Assembly (NCBI RefSeq): GCF_009914755.1
Contig: NC_060946.1
Origin: the human T2T-CHM13v2.0 reference genome, Homo sapiens
DNA length: 64,000 nucleotides
Strand: one strand, 5' to 3'
The stretch's first letter is position 1. Each line of letters starts with the position of its first letter. A model generated the notes under the pieces. That model saw nothing but the letters and a program-made list of their open reading frames with translations, made no database searches and was not told where the DNA came from. Positions 49,201 to 63,400 of the stretch are shown in pieces. A program made the position numbers and the translations under genes.

Positions 49201-51400
49201 TGTAGGGGAAGATATTCCCTTTATCACCATGGGCCTCCAACCGTCCGAAACGTCCACTTCCATATACTACCAAAAGAGCGTTTCAAACCTGCTCTAGGAA
49301 AGGCAATGTTCAACTCTGTGACTTGAATGCAGACATCACAGAGCAGTTTCTGAGAATGCTTCTGTCTAGATTTTATAGGAAGATATTCCCGTTTCCAACG
49401 AAATCTTCACAGCTATCCAAATATCCACTTGCAGATTCTACAAAAAGAGTGTATCAAAACTGCTCTGTCAAAAGGAAGGTTCTTCTCTGTTAGGTGAGTG
49501 CATACGTCATAAAGGAGTTTCTGAGAATGTTTCTGTCTAGTGGTTATGGGAAGATATTTGCTTTTTCACCGTAGGCCTCAGAGCGCTCCAAATATCCACT
49601 TGCACATACTACAAAAAGAGTGCCTCAAAGCTGCTCTCTGAAACGGAATGTTCAACTCTATGAGTTGAATGCAAACATCACAAAGACGTTTCTGAGAATG
49701 CTTCTGTCTAGATTTGATATGAAGATATTCCCGTTTCCAACGAAATCTTCAAATCTATCCAAATGTCCACTTGCAGATTCAACAAAAAGTGTTTTTCAGA
49801 ACTGCTCTATCAAAAGAAAGATCCACCTCTGTTAGCTGAGTTCACACATCACAAACAAGTTTATGAGAATGCTTCTGTCTAGTTTTTATTTGAAGATATT
49901 TCCTTTCTCACCATAGACCTGAAAGCTGTCCTAATGTTCACTTCCAGATACTACAGAAAGAGTGTTTAAAAACTGCTGTACGAAAGGGAATGTTCAACTC
50001 TGTGACTTGAATGCACACATCACAAAGAAGTTTCTGAGGATGCTGCTGTCTACTTTTTATACGTAATCCCGTTTCCAACGAAATCCTCCAAGCTATCCAA
50101 ATATCCACTTGCAGATTCCACAGAAAGACTGTTTCAAAACTGCTCTGTCAATAGAAAGGTTCAACTCTGTTAGCTGCGTGCATATATCCCAAAGAAGATT
50201 CTGAGATTGCTTCTGTCTAGTTTTTATGGGAAGATATTTCCCTTTTCACCGTAGGCGTCAAGGCGCTCCAAATGTCCACTTCCAGATACTACAAAAAGAG
50301 TGTTTCAAACCTACTCTGTGAAAGCGAATATTCAACTCTGTGACTTGAATGCACATATCACAAAGAAGTTTCTGAGAATGCTTCTGTCGAGATTTTATAT
50401 GAAGATATTCCCGTTTCCAACGAAATCCTGAAATCTATCCAAATATCCCCTCGCAGATTCTACAAAAAGAGTGTTTCAAAACTGCTCTGTAAAAAGAAAG
50501 GTTCAACTCTGTTAGTTGAGTACACACATCACAAACAAGTTTCACAGAATGCTTCTTTCTAGCTTGTAGGGGAAGATATTCCCTTTATCACCATGGGCCT
50601 CCAACCGTCCGAAACATCCACTTCCATATACTACCAAAAGAGCGTTTCAAACCTGCTCTAGGAAAGGCAATGTTCAACTCTGTGACTTGAATGCAAACAT
50701 CACAGAGCAGTTTCTGAGAATGCTTCTGTCTAGATTTTATAGGAAGATATTCCCGTTTCCAACGAAATCTTCACAGCTATCCAAATATCCACTTGCAGAT
50801 TCTACAAAAAGAGTGTATCAAAACTTCTCTGTCAAAAGGAAGGTTCTTCTCTGTTAGGTGAGTGCATACGTCATAAAGGAGTTTCTGAGACTGTTTCTGT
50901 CTAGTGGTTATGGGAAGATATTTGCTTTTTCACCGTAGGCCTCAGAGCGCTCCAAATATCCACTTGCACATACTACAAAAAGAGTGCCTCAAAGCTGCTC
51001 TCTGAAACGGAATGTTCAACTCTATGAGTTGAATGCAAACATCACAAAGACGTTTCTGAGAATGCTTCTGTCTAGATTTGATATGAAGATATTCCCGTTT
51101 CCAACGAAATCTTCAAATCTATCCAAATGTCCACTTGCATAATCAACAAAAAGTGTTTTTCAGAACTGCTCTATCAAAAGAAAGATCCACCTCTGTTAGC
51201 TGAGTTCACACATCACAAACAAGTTTATGAGAATGCTTCTGTCTAGTTTTTATTTGAAGATATTTCCTTTCTCACCATAGACCTGAAAGCTGTCCTAATG
51301 TTCACTTCCAGATACTACAGAAAGAGTGTTTAAAAACTGCTGTACGAAAGGGAATGTTGAACTCTGTGACTTGAATGCACACATCACAAAGAAGTTTCTG
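40300..51400. repeat. Tandem duplication of a 4-HOR (5,456-bp) block, two copies
   Basis: Paired rare variants at +5,456: cagacact 40739/46195, gtacacccatc about 42342/47798, caccgtggtcc about 42409/47865, cagaacag about 42523/47979, ctaatattc about 43116/48572, gcaaacatcacagag about 45240/50696. Confidence 0.9.
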
Positions 51401-52799
51401 AGGATGCTGCTGTCTACTTTTTATACGTAATCCCGTTTCCAACGAAATCCTCCAAGCTATCCAAATACCCACTTGCAGATTCCACAGAAAGACTGTTTCA
51501 AAACTGCTCTGTCAATAGAAAGGTTCAACTCTGTTAGCTGCGTGCATATATCCCAAAGAAGATTCTGAGATTGCTTCTGTCTAGTTTTTATGGGAAGATA
51601 TTTCCCTTTTCACCGTAGGCGTCAAGGCGCTCCAAATGTCCACTTCCAGATACTACAAAAAGAGTGTTTCAAACCTACTCTGTGAAAGGGAATATTCAAC
51701 TCTGTGACTTGAATGCACATATCACAAAGAAGTTTCTGAGAATGCTTCTGTCGAGATTTTATATGAAGATGTTCCCGTTTCCAACGAAATCCTGAAATCT
51801 ATCCAAATATCACCTCGCAGATTCTACAAAAAGAGTGTTTCAAAACTGCTCTGTAAAAAGAAAGTTTCAACTCTGTTACTTGAGTACACACATCACAAAC
51901 AAGTTTCACAGAATGCTTCTTTCTAGCTTGTAGGGGAAGATATTCCCTTTATCACCATGGTCCTCAAACCGTCCGAAACGTCCACTTCCATATACTACAA
52001 AAAGAGCGTTTCAAACCTGCTCTATGAAAGGCAATGTTCAACTCTGTGACTTGAATGCAGACATCACAGAGCAGTTTCTGAGAATGCTTCTGTCTAGATT
52101 TTATAGGAAGATATTCCCGTTTCCAACGAAATCTTCACAGCTATCCAAATATCCACTTGCAGATTCTACAAAAAGAGTGTATCAAAACTGCTCTGTCAAA
52201 AGGAAGGTTCTTCTCTGTTAGGTGAGTGCATACGTCATAAAGGAGTTTCTGAGAATGTTTCTGTCTAGTGGTTATGGGAAGATATTTGCTTTTTCACCGT
52301 AGGCCTCAGAGCGCTCCAAATATCCACTTGCACATACTACAAAAAGAGTGCCTCAAAGCTGCTCTCTGAAACGGAATGTTCAACTCTATGAGTTGAATGC
52401 AAACATCACAAAGACGTTTCTGAGAATGCTTCTGTCTAGATTTGATATGAAGATATTCCCGTTTCCAACGAAATCTTCAAATCTATCCAAATGTCCACTT
52501 GCATAATCAACAAAAAGTGTTTTTCAGAACTGCTCTATCAAAAGAAAGATCCACCTCTGTTAGCTGAGTTCACACATCACAAACAAGTTTATGAGAATGC
52601 TTCTGTCTAGTTTTTATTTGAAGATATTTCCTTTCTCACCATAGACCTGAAAGCTGTCCTAATGTTCACTTCCAGATACTACAGAAAGAGTGTTTCAAAA
52701 CTGCTGTACGAAAGGGAATGTTCAACTCTGTGACTTGAATGCACACATCACAAAGAAGTTTCTGAGGATGCTGCTGTCTACTTTTTATACGTAATCCCG

Positions 52800-55700
52800 T
52801 TTCCAACGAAATCCTCCAAGCTATCCAAACATCCACTTGCAGATTCCACAGAAAGACTGTTTCAAAACTGCTCTGTCAATAGAAAGGTTCAACTCTGTTA
52901 GCTGCGTGCATATATCCCAAAGAAGATTCTGAGATTGCTTCTGTCTAGTTTTTATGGGAAGATATTTCCCTTTTCACCGTAGGCGTCAAGGCGCTCCAAA
53001 TGTCCACTTCCAGATACTACAAAAAGAGTGTTTCAAACCTACTCTGTGAAAGCGAATATTCAACTCTGTGACTTGAATGCACATATCACAAAGAAGTTTC
53101 TGAGAATGCTTCTGTCGAGATTTTATATGAAGATATTCCCGTTTCCAACGAAATCCTGAAATCTATCCAAATATCCCCTCGCAGATTCTACAAAAAGAGT
53201 GTTTCAAAACTGCTCTGTAAAAAGAAAGGTTCAACTCTGTTAGTTGAGTACACACATCACAAACAAGTTTCACAGAATGCTTCTTTCTAGCTTGTAGGGG
53301 AAGATATTCCCTTTATCACCATGGGCCTCCAACCGTCCGAAACGTCCACTTCCATATACTACCAAAAGAGCGTTTCAAACCTGCTCTAGGAAAGGCAATG
53401 TTCAACTCTGTGACTTGAATGCAGACATCACAGAGCAGTTTCTGAGAATGCTTCTGTCTAGATTTTATAGGAAGATATTCCCGTTTCCAATGAAATCTTC
53501 ACAGCTATCCAAATATCCACTTGCAGATTCTACAAAAAGAGTGTATCAAAACTGCTCTGTCAAAAGGAAGGTTCTTCTCTGTTAGGTGAGTGCATACGTC
53601 ATAAAGGAGTTTCTGAGAATGTTTCTGTCTAGTGGTTATGGGAAGATATTTGCTTTTTCACCGTAGGCCTCAGAGCGCTCCAAATATCCACTTGCACATA
53701 CTACAAAAAGAGTGCCTCAAAGCTGCTCTTTGAAACGGAATGTTCAACTCTATGAGTTGAATGCAAACATCACAAAGACGTTTCTGAGAATGCTTCTGTC
53801 TAGATTTGATATGAAGATATTCCCGTTTCCAACGAAATCTTCAAATCTATCCAAATGTCCACTTGCAGATTCAACAAAAAGTGTTTTTCAGAACTGCTCT
53901 ATCAAAAGAAAGATCCACCTCTGTTAGCTGAGTTCACACATCACAAACAAGTTTATGAGAATGCTTCTGTCTAGTTTTTATTTGAAGATATTTCCTTTCT
54001 CACCATAGACCTGAAAGCTATCCTAATGTTCACTTCCAGATACTACAGAAAGAGTGTTTCAAAACTGCTGTATGAAAGGGAATGTTCAACTCTGTGACTT
54101 GAATGCACACATCACAAAGAAGTTTCTGAGGATGCTGCTGTCTACTTTTTATATGTAATCCCGTTTCCAACGAAATCCTCCAAGCTATCCAAATATCCAC
54201 TTGCAGATTCCACAGAAAGACTGTTTCAAAACTGCTCTGTCAATAGAAAGGTTCAACTCTGTTAGCTGCGTGCATATATCCCAAAGAAGATTCTGAGATT
54301 GCTTCTGTCTAGTTTTTATGGGAAGATATTTCCCTTTTCACCGTAGGCGTCAAGGCGCTCCAAATGTCCACTTCCAGATACTACAAAAAGAGTGTTTCAA
54401 ACCTACTCTGTGAAAGGGAATATTCAACTCTGTGACTTGAATGCACATATCACAAAGAAGTTTCTGATAATGCTTCTGTCGAGATTTTATATGAAGATAT
54501 TCCCGTTTCCAACGAAATCCTGAAATCTATCCAAATATCCCCTCGCAGATTCTACAAAAAGAGTGTTTCAAAACTGCTCTGTAAAAAGAAAGGTTCAACT
54601 CTGTTAGTTGAGTACACACATCACAAACAAGTTTCACAGAATGCTTCTTTCTAGCTTGTAGGGGAAGATATTCCCTTTATCACCATGGGCCTCCAACCGT
54701 CCGAAACATCCACTTCCATATACTACAAAAAGAGCGTTTCAAACCTGCTCTATGAAAGGCAATGTTCAACTCTGTGACTTGAAAGCAGACATCACAGAGC
54801 AGTTTCTGAGAATGCTTCTGTCTAGATTTTATAGGAAGATATTCCCGTTTCCAACGAAATCTTCACATCTATCCAAATATCCACTTGCAGATTCTTCAAA
54901 AAGAGTGTATCAAAACTGCTCTGTCAAAAGGAAGGTTCTTCTCTGTTAGGTGAGTGCATACGTCATAAAGGAGTTTCTGGGAATGTTTCTGTCTAGTGGT
55001 TATGGGAAGATATTTGCTTTTTCACCGTAGGCCTCAGAGCGCTCCAAATATCCACTTGCACATACTACAAAAAGAGTGCCTCAAAGCTGCTCTCTGAAAC
55101 GGAATGTTCAACTCTATGAGTTGAATGCAAACATCACAAAGACGTTTCTGAGAATGCTTCTGTCTAGATTTGATATGAAGATATTCCCGTTTCCAACGAA
55201 ATCTTCAAATCTATCCAAATGTCCACTTGCATAATCAACAAAAAGTGTTTTTCAGAACTGCTCTATCAAAAGAAAGATCCACCTCTGTTAGCTGAGTTCA
55301 CACATCACAAACAAGTTTATGAGAATGCTTCTGTCTAGTTTTTATTTGAAGATATTTCCTTTCTCACCATAGACCTGAAAGCTGTCCTAATGTTCACTTC
55401 CAGATACTACAGAAAGAGTGTTTCAAAACTGCTGTACGAAAGGGAATGTTCAACTCTGTGACTTGAATGCACACATCACAAAGAAGTTTCTGAGGATGCT
55501 GCTGTCTACTTTTTATACGTAATCCCGTTTCCAACGAAATCCTCCAAGCTATCCAAATATCCACTTGCAGATTCCACAGAAAGACTGTTTCAAAACTGCT
55601 CTGTCAATAGAAAGGTTCAACTCTGTTAGCTGCGTGCATATATCCCAAAGAAGATTCTGAGATTGCTTCTGTCTAGTTTTTATGGGAAGATATTTCCCTT

Positions 55701-58700
55701 TTCACCGTAGGCGTCAAGGCGCTCCAAATGTCCACTTCCAGATACTACAAAAAGAGTGTTTCAAACCTACTCTGTGAAAGCGAATATTCAACTCTGTGAC
55801 TTGAATGCACATATCACAAAGAAGTTTCTGAGAATGCTTCTGTCGAGATTTTATATGAAGATATTCCCGTTTCCAACGAAATCCTGAAATCTATCCAAAT
55901 ATCCCCTCGCAGATTCTACAAAAAGAGTGTTTCAAAACTGCTCTGTAAAAAGAAAGGTTCAACTCTGTTAGTTGAGTACACACATCACAAACAAGTTTCA
56001 CAGAATGCTTCTTTCTAGCTTGTAGGGGAAGATATTCCCTTTATCACCATGGTCCTCAAACCGTCCGAAACGTCCACTTCCATATACTACAAAAAGAGCG
56101 TTTCAAACCTGCTCTAGGAAAGGCAATGTTCAACTCTGTGACTTGAATGCAGACATCACAGAGCAGTTTCTGAGAATGCTTCTGTCTAGATTTTATAGGA
56201 AGATATTCCCGTTTCCAACGAAATCTTCACAGCTATCCAAATATCCACTTGCAGATTCTACAAAAAGAGTGTATCAAAACTGCTCTGTCAAAAGGAAGGT
56301 TCTTCTCTGTTAGGTGAGTGCATACGTCATAAAGGAGTTTCTGAGAATGTTTCTGTCTAGTGGTTATGGGAAGATATTTGCTTTTTCACCGTAGGCCTCA
56401 GAGCGCTCCAAATATCCACTTGCACATACTACAAAAAGAGTGCCTCAAAGCTGCTCTCTGAAACGGAATGTTCAACTCTATGAGTTGAATGCAAACATCA
56501 CAAAGACGTTTCTGAGAATGCTTCTGTCTAGATTTGATATGAAGATATTCCCGTTTCCAACGAAATCTTCAAATCTATCCAAATGTCCACTTGCATAATC
56601 AACAAAAAGTGTTTTTCAGAACTGCTGTATCAAAAGAAAGATCCACGTCTGTTAGCTGAGTTCACACATCACAAACAAGTTTATGAGAATGCTTCTGTCT
56701 AGTTTTTATTTGAAGATATTTCCTTTCTCACCATAGACCTGAAAGCTGTCCTAATGTTCACTTCCAGATACTACAGAAAGAGTGTTTCAAAACTGCTGTA
56801 CGAAAGGGAATTTTCAACTCTGTGACTTGAATGCACACATCACAAAGAAGTTTCTGAGGATGCTGCTGTCTACTTTTTATACGTAATCCCGTTTCCAACG
56901 AAATCCTCCAAGCTATCCAAATATCCACTTGCAGATTCCACAGAAAGACTGTTTCAAAACTGCTCTGTCAATAGAAAGGTTCAACTCTGTTAGCTGCGTG
57001 CATATATCCCAAAGAAGATTCTGAGATTGCTTCTGTCTAGTTTTTATGGGAAGATATTTCCCTTTTCACCGTAGGCGTCAAGGCGCTCCAAATGTCCACT
57101 TCCAGATACTACAAAAAGAGTGTTTCAAACCTACTCTGTGAAAGGGAATATTCAACTCTGTGACTTGAATGCACATATCACAAAGAAGTTTCTGAGAATG
57201 CTTCTGTCGAGATTTTATATGAAGATATTCCCGTTTCCAACGAAATCCTGAAATCTATCAAAATATCCCCTCGCAGATTCTACAAAAAGAGTGTTTCAAA
57301 ACTGCTCTGTAAAAAGAAAGGTTCAACTCTGTTAGTTGAGTACACACATCACAAACAAGTTTCACAGAATGCTTCTTTCTAGCTTGTAGGGGAAGATATT
57401 CCCTTTATCACCATGGTCCTCAAACCGTCCGAAACGTCCACTTCCATATACTACAAAAAGAGCGTTTCAAACCTGCTCTAGGAAAGGCAATGTTCAACTC
57501 TGTGACTTGAATGCAGACATCACAGAGCAGTTTCTGAGAATGCTTCTGTCTAGATTTTATAGGAAGATATTCCCGTTTCCAACGAAATCTTCACAGCTAT
57601 CCAAATATCCACTTGCAGATTCTACAAAAAGAGTGTATCAAAACTGCTCTGTCAAAAGGAAGGTTCTTCTCTGTTAGGTGAGTGCATACGTCATAAAGGA
57701 GTTTCTGAGAATGTTTCTGTCTAGTGGTTATGGGAAGATATTTGCTTTTTCACCGTAGGCCTCAGAGCGCTCCAAATATCCACTTGCACATACTACAAAA
57801 AGAGTGCCTCAAAGCTGCTCTCTGAAACGGAATGTTCAACTCTATGAGTTGAATGCAAACATCACAAAGACGTTTCTGAGAATGCTTCTGTCTAGATTTG
57901 ATATGAAGATATTCCCGTTTCCAACGAAATCTTCAAATCTATCCAAATGTCCACTTGCATAATCAACAAAAAGTGTTTTTCAGAACTGCTCTATCAAAAG
58001 AAAGATCCACCTCTGTTAGCTGAGTTCACACATCACAAACAAGTTTATGAGAATGCTTCTGTCTAGTTTTTATTTGAAGATATTTCCTTTCTCACCATAG
58101 ACCTGAAAGCTGTCCTAATGTTCACTTCCAGATACTACAGAAAGAGTGTTTCAAAACTGCTGTATGAAAGGGAATGTTCAACTCTGTGACTTGAATGCAC
58201 ACATCACAAAGAAGTTTCTGAGGATGCTGCTGTCTACTTTTTATACGTAATCCCGTTTCCAACGAAATCCTCCAAGCTATCCAAACATCCACTTGCAGAT
58301 TCCACAGAAAGACTGTTTCAAAACTGCTCTGTCAATAGAAAGGTTCAACTCTGTTAGCTGCGTGCATATATCCCAAAGAAGATTCTGAGATTGCTTCTGT
58401 CTAGTTTTTATGGGAAGATATTTCCCTTTTCACCGTAGGCGTCAAGGCGCTCCAAATGTCCACTTCCAGATACTACAAAAAGAGTGTTTCAAACCTACTC
58501 TGTGAAAGGGAATATTCAACTCTGTGACTTGAATGCACATATCACAAAGAAGTTTCTGAGAATGCTTCTGTCGAGATTTTATATGAAGATATTCCCGTTT
58601 CCAACGAAATCCTGAAATCTATCCAAATATCCCCTCGCAGATTCTACAAAAAGAGTGTTTCAAAACTGCTCTGTAAAAAGAAAGGTTCAACTCTGTTAGT

Positions 58701-61700
58701 TGAGTACACACATCACAAACAAGTTTCACAGAATGCTTCTTTCTAGCTTGTAGGGGAAGATATTCCCTTTATCACCATGGGCCTCCAACCGTCCGAAACG
58801 TCCACTTCCATATACTACCAAAAGAGCGTTTCAAACCTGCTCTAGGAAAGGCAATGTTCAACTCTGTGACTTGAATGCAGACATCACAGAGCAGTTTCTG
58901 AGAATGCTTCTGTCTAGATTTTATAGGAAGATATTCCCGTTTCCAATGAAATCTTCACAGCTATCCAAATATCCACTTGCAGATTCTACAAAAAGAGTGT
59001 ATCAAAACTGCTCTGTCAAAAGGAAGGTTCTTCTCTGTTAGGTGAGTGCATACGTCATAAAGGAGTTTCTGAGAATGTTTCTGTCTAGTGGTTATGGGAA
59101 GATATTTGCTTTTTCACCGTAGGCCTCAGAGCGCTCCAAATATCCACTTGCACATACTACAAAAAGAGTGCCTCAAAGCTGCTCTTTGAAACGGAATGTT
59201 CAACTCTATGAGTTGAATGCAAACATCACAAAGACGTTTCTGAGAATGCTTCTGTCTAGATTTGATATGAAGATATTCCCGTTTCCAACGAAATCTTCAA
59301 ATCTATCCAAATGTCCACTTGCAGATTCAACAAAAAGTGTTTTTCAGAACTGCTCTATCAAAAGAAAGATCCACCTCTGTTAGCTGAGTTCACACATCAC
59401 AAACAAGTTTATGAGAATGCTTCTGTCTAGTTTTTATTTGAAGATATTTCCTTTCTCACCATAGACCTGAAAGCTATCCTAATGTTCACTTCCAGATACT
59501 ACAGAAAGAGTGTTTCAAAACTGCTGTATGAAAGGGAATGTTCAACTCTGTGACTTGAATGCACACATCACAAAGAAGTTTCTGAGGATGCTGCTGTCTA
59601 CTTTTTATATGTAATCCCGTTTCCAACGAAATCCTCCAAGCTATCCAAATATCCACTTGCAGATTCCACAGAAAGACTGTTTCAAAACTGCTCTGTCAAT
59701 AGAAAGGTTCAACTCTGTTAGCTGCGTGCATATATCCCAAAGAAGATTCTGAGATTGCTTCTGTCTAGTTTTTATGGGAAGATATTTCCCTTTTCACCGT
59801 AGGCGTCAAGGCGCTCCAAATGTCCACTTCCAGATACTACAAAAAGAGTCTTTCAAACCTACTCTGTGAAAGGGAATATTCAACTCTGTGACTTGAATGC
59901 ACATATCACAAAGAAGTTTCTGAGAATGCTTCTGTCGAGATTTTATATGAAGATATTCCCGTTTCCAACGAAATCCTGAAATCTATCCAAATATCCCCTC
60001 GCAGATTCTACAAAAAGAGTGTTTCAAAACTGCTCTGTAAAAAGAAAGGTTCAACTCTGTTAGTTGAGTACACACATCACAAACAAGTTTCACAGAATGC
60101 TTCTTTCTAGCTTGTAGGGGAAGATATTCCCTTTATCACCATGGGCCTCCAACCGTCCGAAACATCCACTTCCATATACTACAAAAAGAGCGTTTCAAAC
60201 CTGCTCTATGAAAGGCAATGTTCAACTCTGTGACTTGAAAGCAGACATCACAGAGCAGTTTCTGAGAATGCTTCTGTCTAGATTTTATAGGAAGATATTC
60301 CCGTTTCCAACGAAATCTTCACATCTATCCAAATATCCACTTGCAGATTCTTCAAAAAGAGTGTATCAAAACTGCTCTGTCAAAAGGAAGGTTCTTCTCT
60401 GTTAGGTGAGTGCATACGTCATAAAGGAGTTTCTGGGAATGTTTCTGTCTAGTGGTTATGGGAAGATATTTGCTTTTTCACCGTAGGCCTCAGAGCGCTC
60501 CAAATATCCACTTGCACATACTACAAAAAGAGTGCCTCAAAGCTGCTCTCTGAAACGGAATGTTCAACTCTATGAGTTGAATGCAAACATCACAAAGACG
60601 TTTCTGAGAATGCTTCTGTCTAGATTTGATATGAAGATATTCCCGTTTCCAACGAAATCTTCAAATCTATCCAAATGTCCACTTGCATAATCAACAAAAA
60701 GTGTTTTTCAGAACTGCTCTATCAAAAGAAAGATCCACCTCTGTTAGCTGAGTTCACACATCACAAACAAGTTTATGAGAATGCTTCTGTCTAGTTTTTA
60801 TTTGAAGATATTTCCTTTCTCACCATAGACCTGAAAGCTGTCCTAATGTTCACTTCCAGATACTACAGAAAGAGTGTTTCAAAACTGCTGTACGAAAGGG
60901 AATGTTCAACTCTGTGACTTGAATGCACACATCACAAAGAAGTTTCTGAGGATGCTGCTGTCTACTTTTTATACGTAATCCCGTTTCCAACGAAATCCTC
61001 CAAGCTATCCAAATATCCACTTGCAGATTCCACAGAAAGACTGTTTCAAAACTGCTCTGTCAATAGAAAGGTTCAACTCTGTTAGCTGCGTGCATATATC
61101 CCAAAGAAGATTCTGAGATTGCTTCTGTCTAGTTTTTATGGGAAGATATTTCCCTTTTCACCGTAGGCGTCAAGGCGCTCCAAATGTCCACTTCCAGATA
61201 CTACAAAAAGAGTGTTTCAAACCTACTCTGTGAAAGCGAATATTCAACTCTGTGACTTGAATGCACATATCACAAAGAAGTTTCTGAGAATGCTTCTGTC
61301 GAGATTTTATATGAAGATATTCCCGTTTCCAACGAAATCCTGAAATCTATCCAAATATCCCCTCGCAGATTCTACAAAAAGAGTGTTTCAAAACTGCTCT
61401 GTAAAAAGAAAGGTTCAACTCTGTTAGTTGAGTACACACATCACAAACAAGTTTCACAGAATGCTTCTTTCTAGCTTGTAGGGGAAGATATTCCCTTTAT
61501 CACCATGGTCCTCAAACCGTCCGAAACGTCCACTTCCATATACTACAAAAAGAGCGTTTCAAACCTGCTCTAGGAAAGGCAATGTTCAACTCTGTGACTT
61601 GAATGCAGACATCACAGAGCAGTTTCTGAGAATGCTTCTGTCTAGATTTTATAGGAAGATATTCCCGTTTCCAACGAAATCTTCACAGCTATCCAAATAT

Positions 61701-63400
61701 CCACTTGCAGATTCTACAAAAAGAGTGTATCAAAACTGCTCTGTCAAAAGGAAGGTTCTTCTCTGTTAGGTGAGTGCATACGTCATAAAGGAGTTTCTGA
61801 GAATGTTTCTGTCTAGTGGTTATGGGAAGATATTTGCTTTTTCACCGTAGGCCTCAGAGCGCTCCAAATATCCACTTGCACATACTACAAAAAGAGTGCC
61901 TCAAAGCTGCTCTCTGAAACGGAATGTTCAACTCTATGAGTTGAATGCAAACATCACAAAGACGTTTCTGAGAATGCTTCTGTCTAGATTTGATATGAAG
62001 ATATTCCCGTTTCCAACGAAATCTTCAAATCTATCCAAATGTCCACTTGCATAATCAACAAAAAGTGTTTTTCAGAACTGCTGTATCAAAAGAAAGATCC
62101 ACGTCTGTTAGCTGAGTTCACACATCACAAACAAGTTTATGAGAATGCTTCTGTCTAGTTTTTATTTGAAGATATTTCCTTTCTCACCATAGACCTGAAA
62201 GCTGTCCTAATGTTCACTTCCAGATACTACAGAAAGAGTGTTTCAAAACTGCTGTACGAAAGGGAATTTTCAACTCTGTGACTTGAATGCACACATCACA
62301 AAGAAGTTTCTGAGGATGCTGCTGTCTACTTTTTATACGTAATCCCGTTTCCAACGAAATCCTCCAAGCTATCCAAATATCCACTTGCAGATTCCACAGA
62401 AAGACTGTTTCAAAACTGCTCTGTCAATAGAAAGGTTCAACTCTGTTAGCTGCGTGCATATATCCCAAAGAAGATTCTGAGATTGCTTCTGTCTAGTTTT
62501 TATGGGAAGATATTTCCCTTTTCACCGTAGGCGTCAAGGCGCTCCAAATGTCCACTTCCAGATACTACAAAAAGAGTCTTTCAAACCTACTCTGTGAAAG
62601 GGAATATTCAACTCTGTGACTTGAATGCACATATCACAAAGAAGTTTCTGAGAATGCTTCTGTCGAGATTTTATATGAAGATATTCCCGTTTCCAACGAA
62701 ATCCTGAAATCTATCCAAATATCCCCTCGCAGATTCTACAAAAAGAGTGTTTCAAAACTGCTCTGTAAAAAGAAAGGTTCAACTCTGTTAGTTGAGTACA
62801 CACATCACAAACAAGTTTCACAGAATGCTTCTTTCTAGCTTGTAGGGGAAGATATTCCCTTTATCACCATGGTCCTCAAACCGTCCGAAACGTCCACTTC
62901 CATATACTACAAAAAGAGCGTTTCAAACCTGCTCTAGGAAAGGCAATGTTCAACTCTGTGACTTGAATGCAGACATCACAGAGCAGTTTCTGAGAATGCT
63001 TCTGTCTAGATTTTATAGGAAGATATTCCCGTTTCCAACGAAATCTTCACAGCTATCCAAATATCCACTTGCAGATTCTACAAAAAGAGTGTATCAAAAC
63101 TGCTCTGTCAAAAGGAAGGTTCTTCTCTGTTAGGTGAGTGCATACGTCATAAAGGAGTTTCTGAGAATGTTTCTGTCTAGTGGTTATGGGAAGATATTTG
63201 CTTTTTCACCGTAGGCCTCAGAGCGCTCCAAATATCCACTTGCACATACTACAAAAAGAGTGCCTCAAAGCTGCTCTCTGAAACTGAATGTTCAACTCTA
63301 TGAGTTGAATGAAAACATCACAAAGACGTTTCTGAGAATGCTTCTGTCTAGATTTGATATGAAGATATTCCCGTTTCCAACGAAATCTTCAAATCTATCC
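52800..63400. repeat. Tandem duplication of a 4-HOR (5,456-bp) block, two copies
   Basis: Paired rare variants at +5,456: ccaatgaaa 53491/58947, aagctatcct about 54020/59476, cacatctat about 54868/60324, attcttcaa about 54896/60352, ttctgggaat about 54980/60436, ggaattttc about 56812/62268. Confidence 0.9.
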
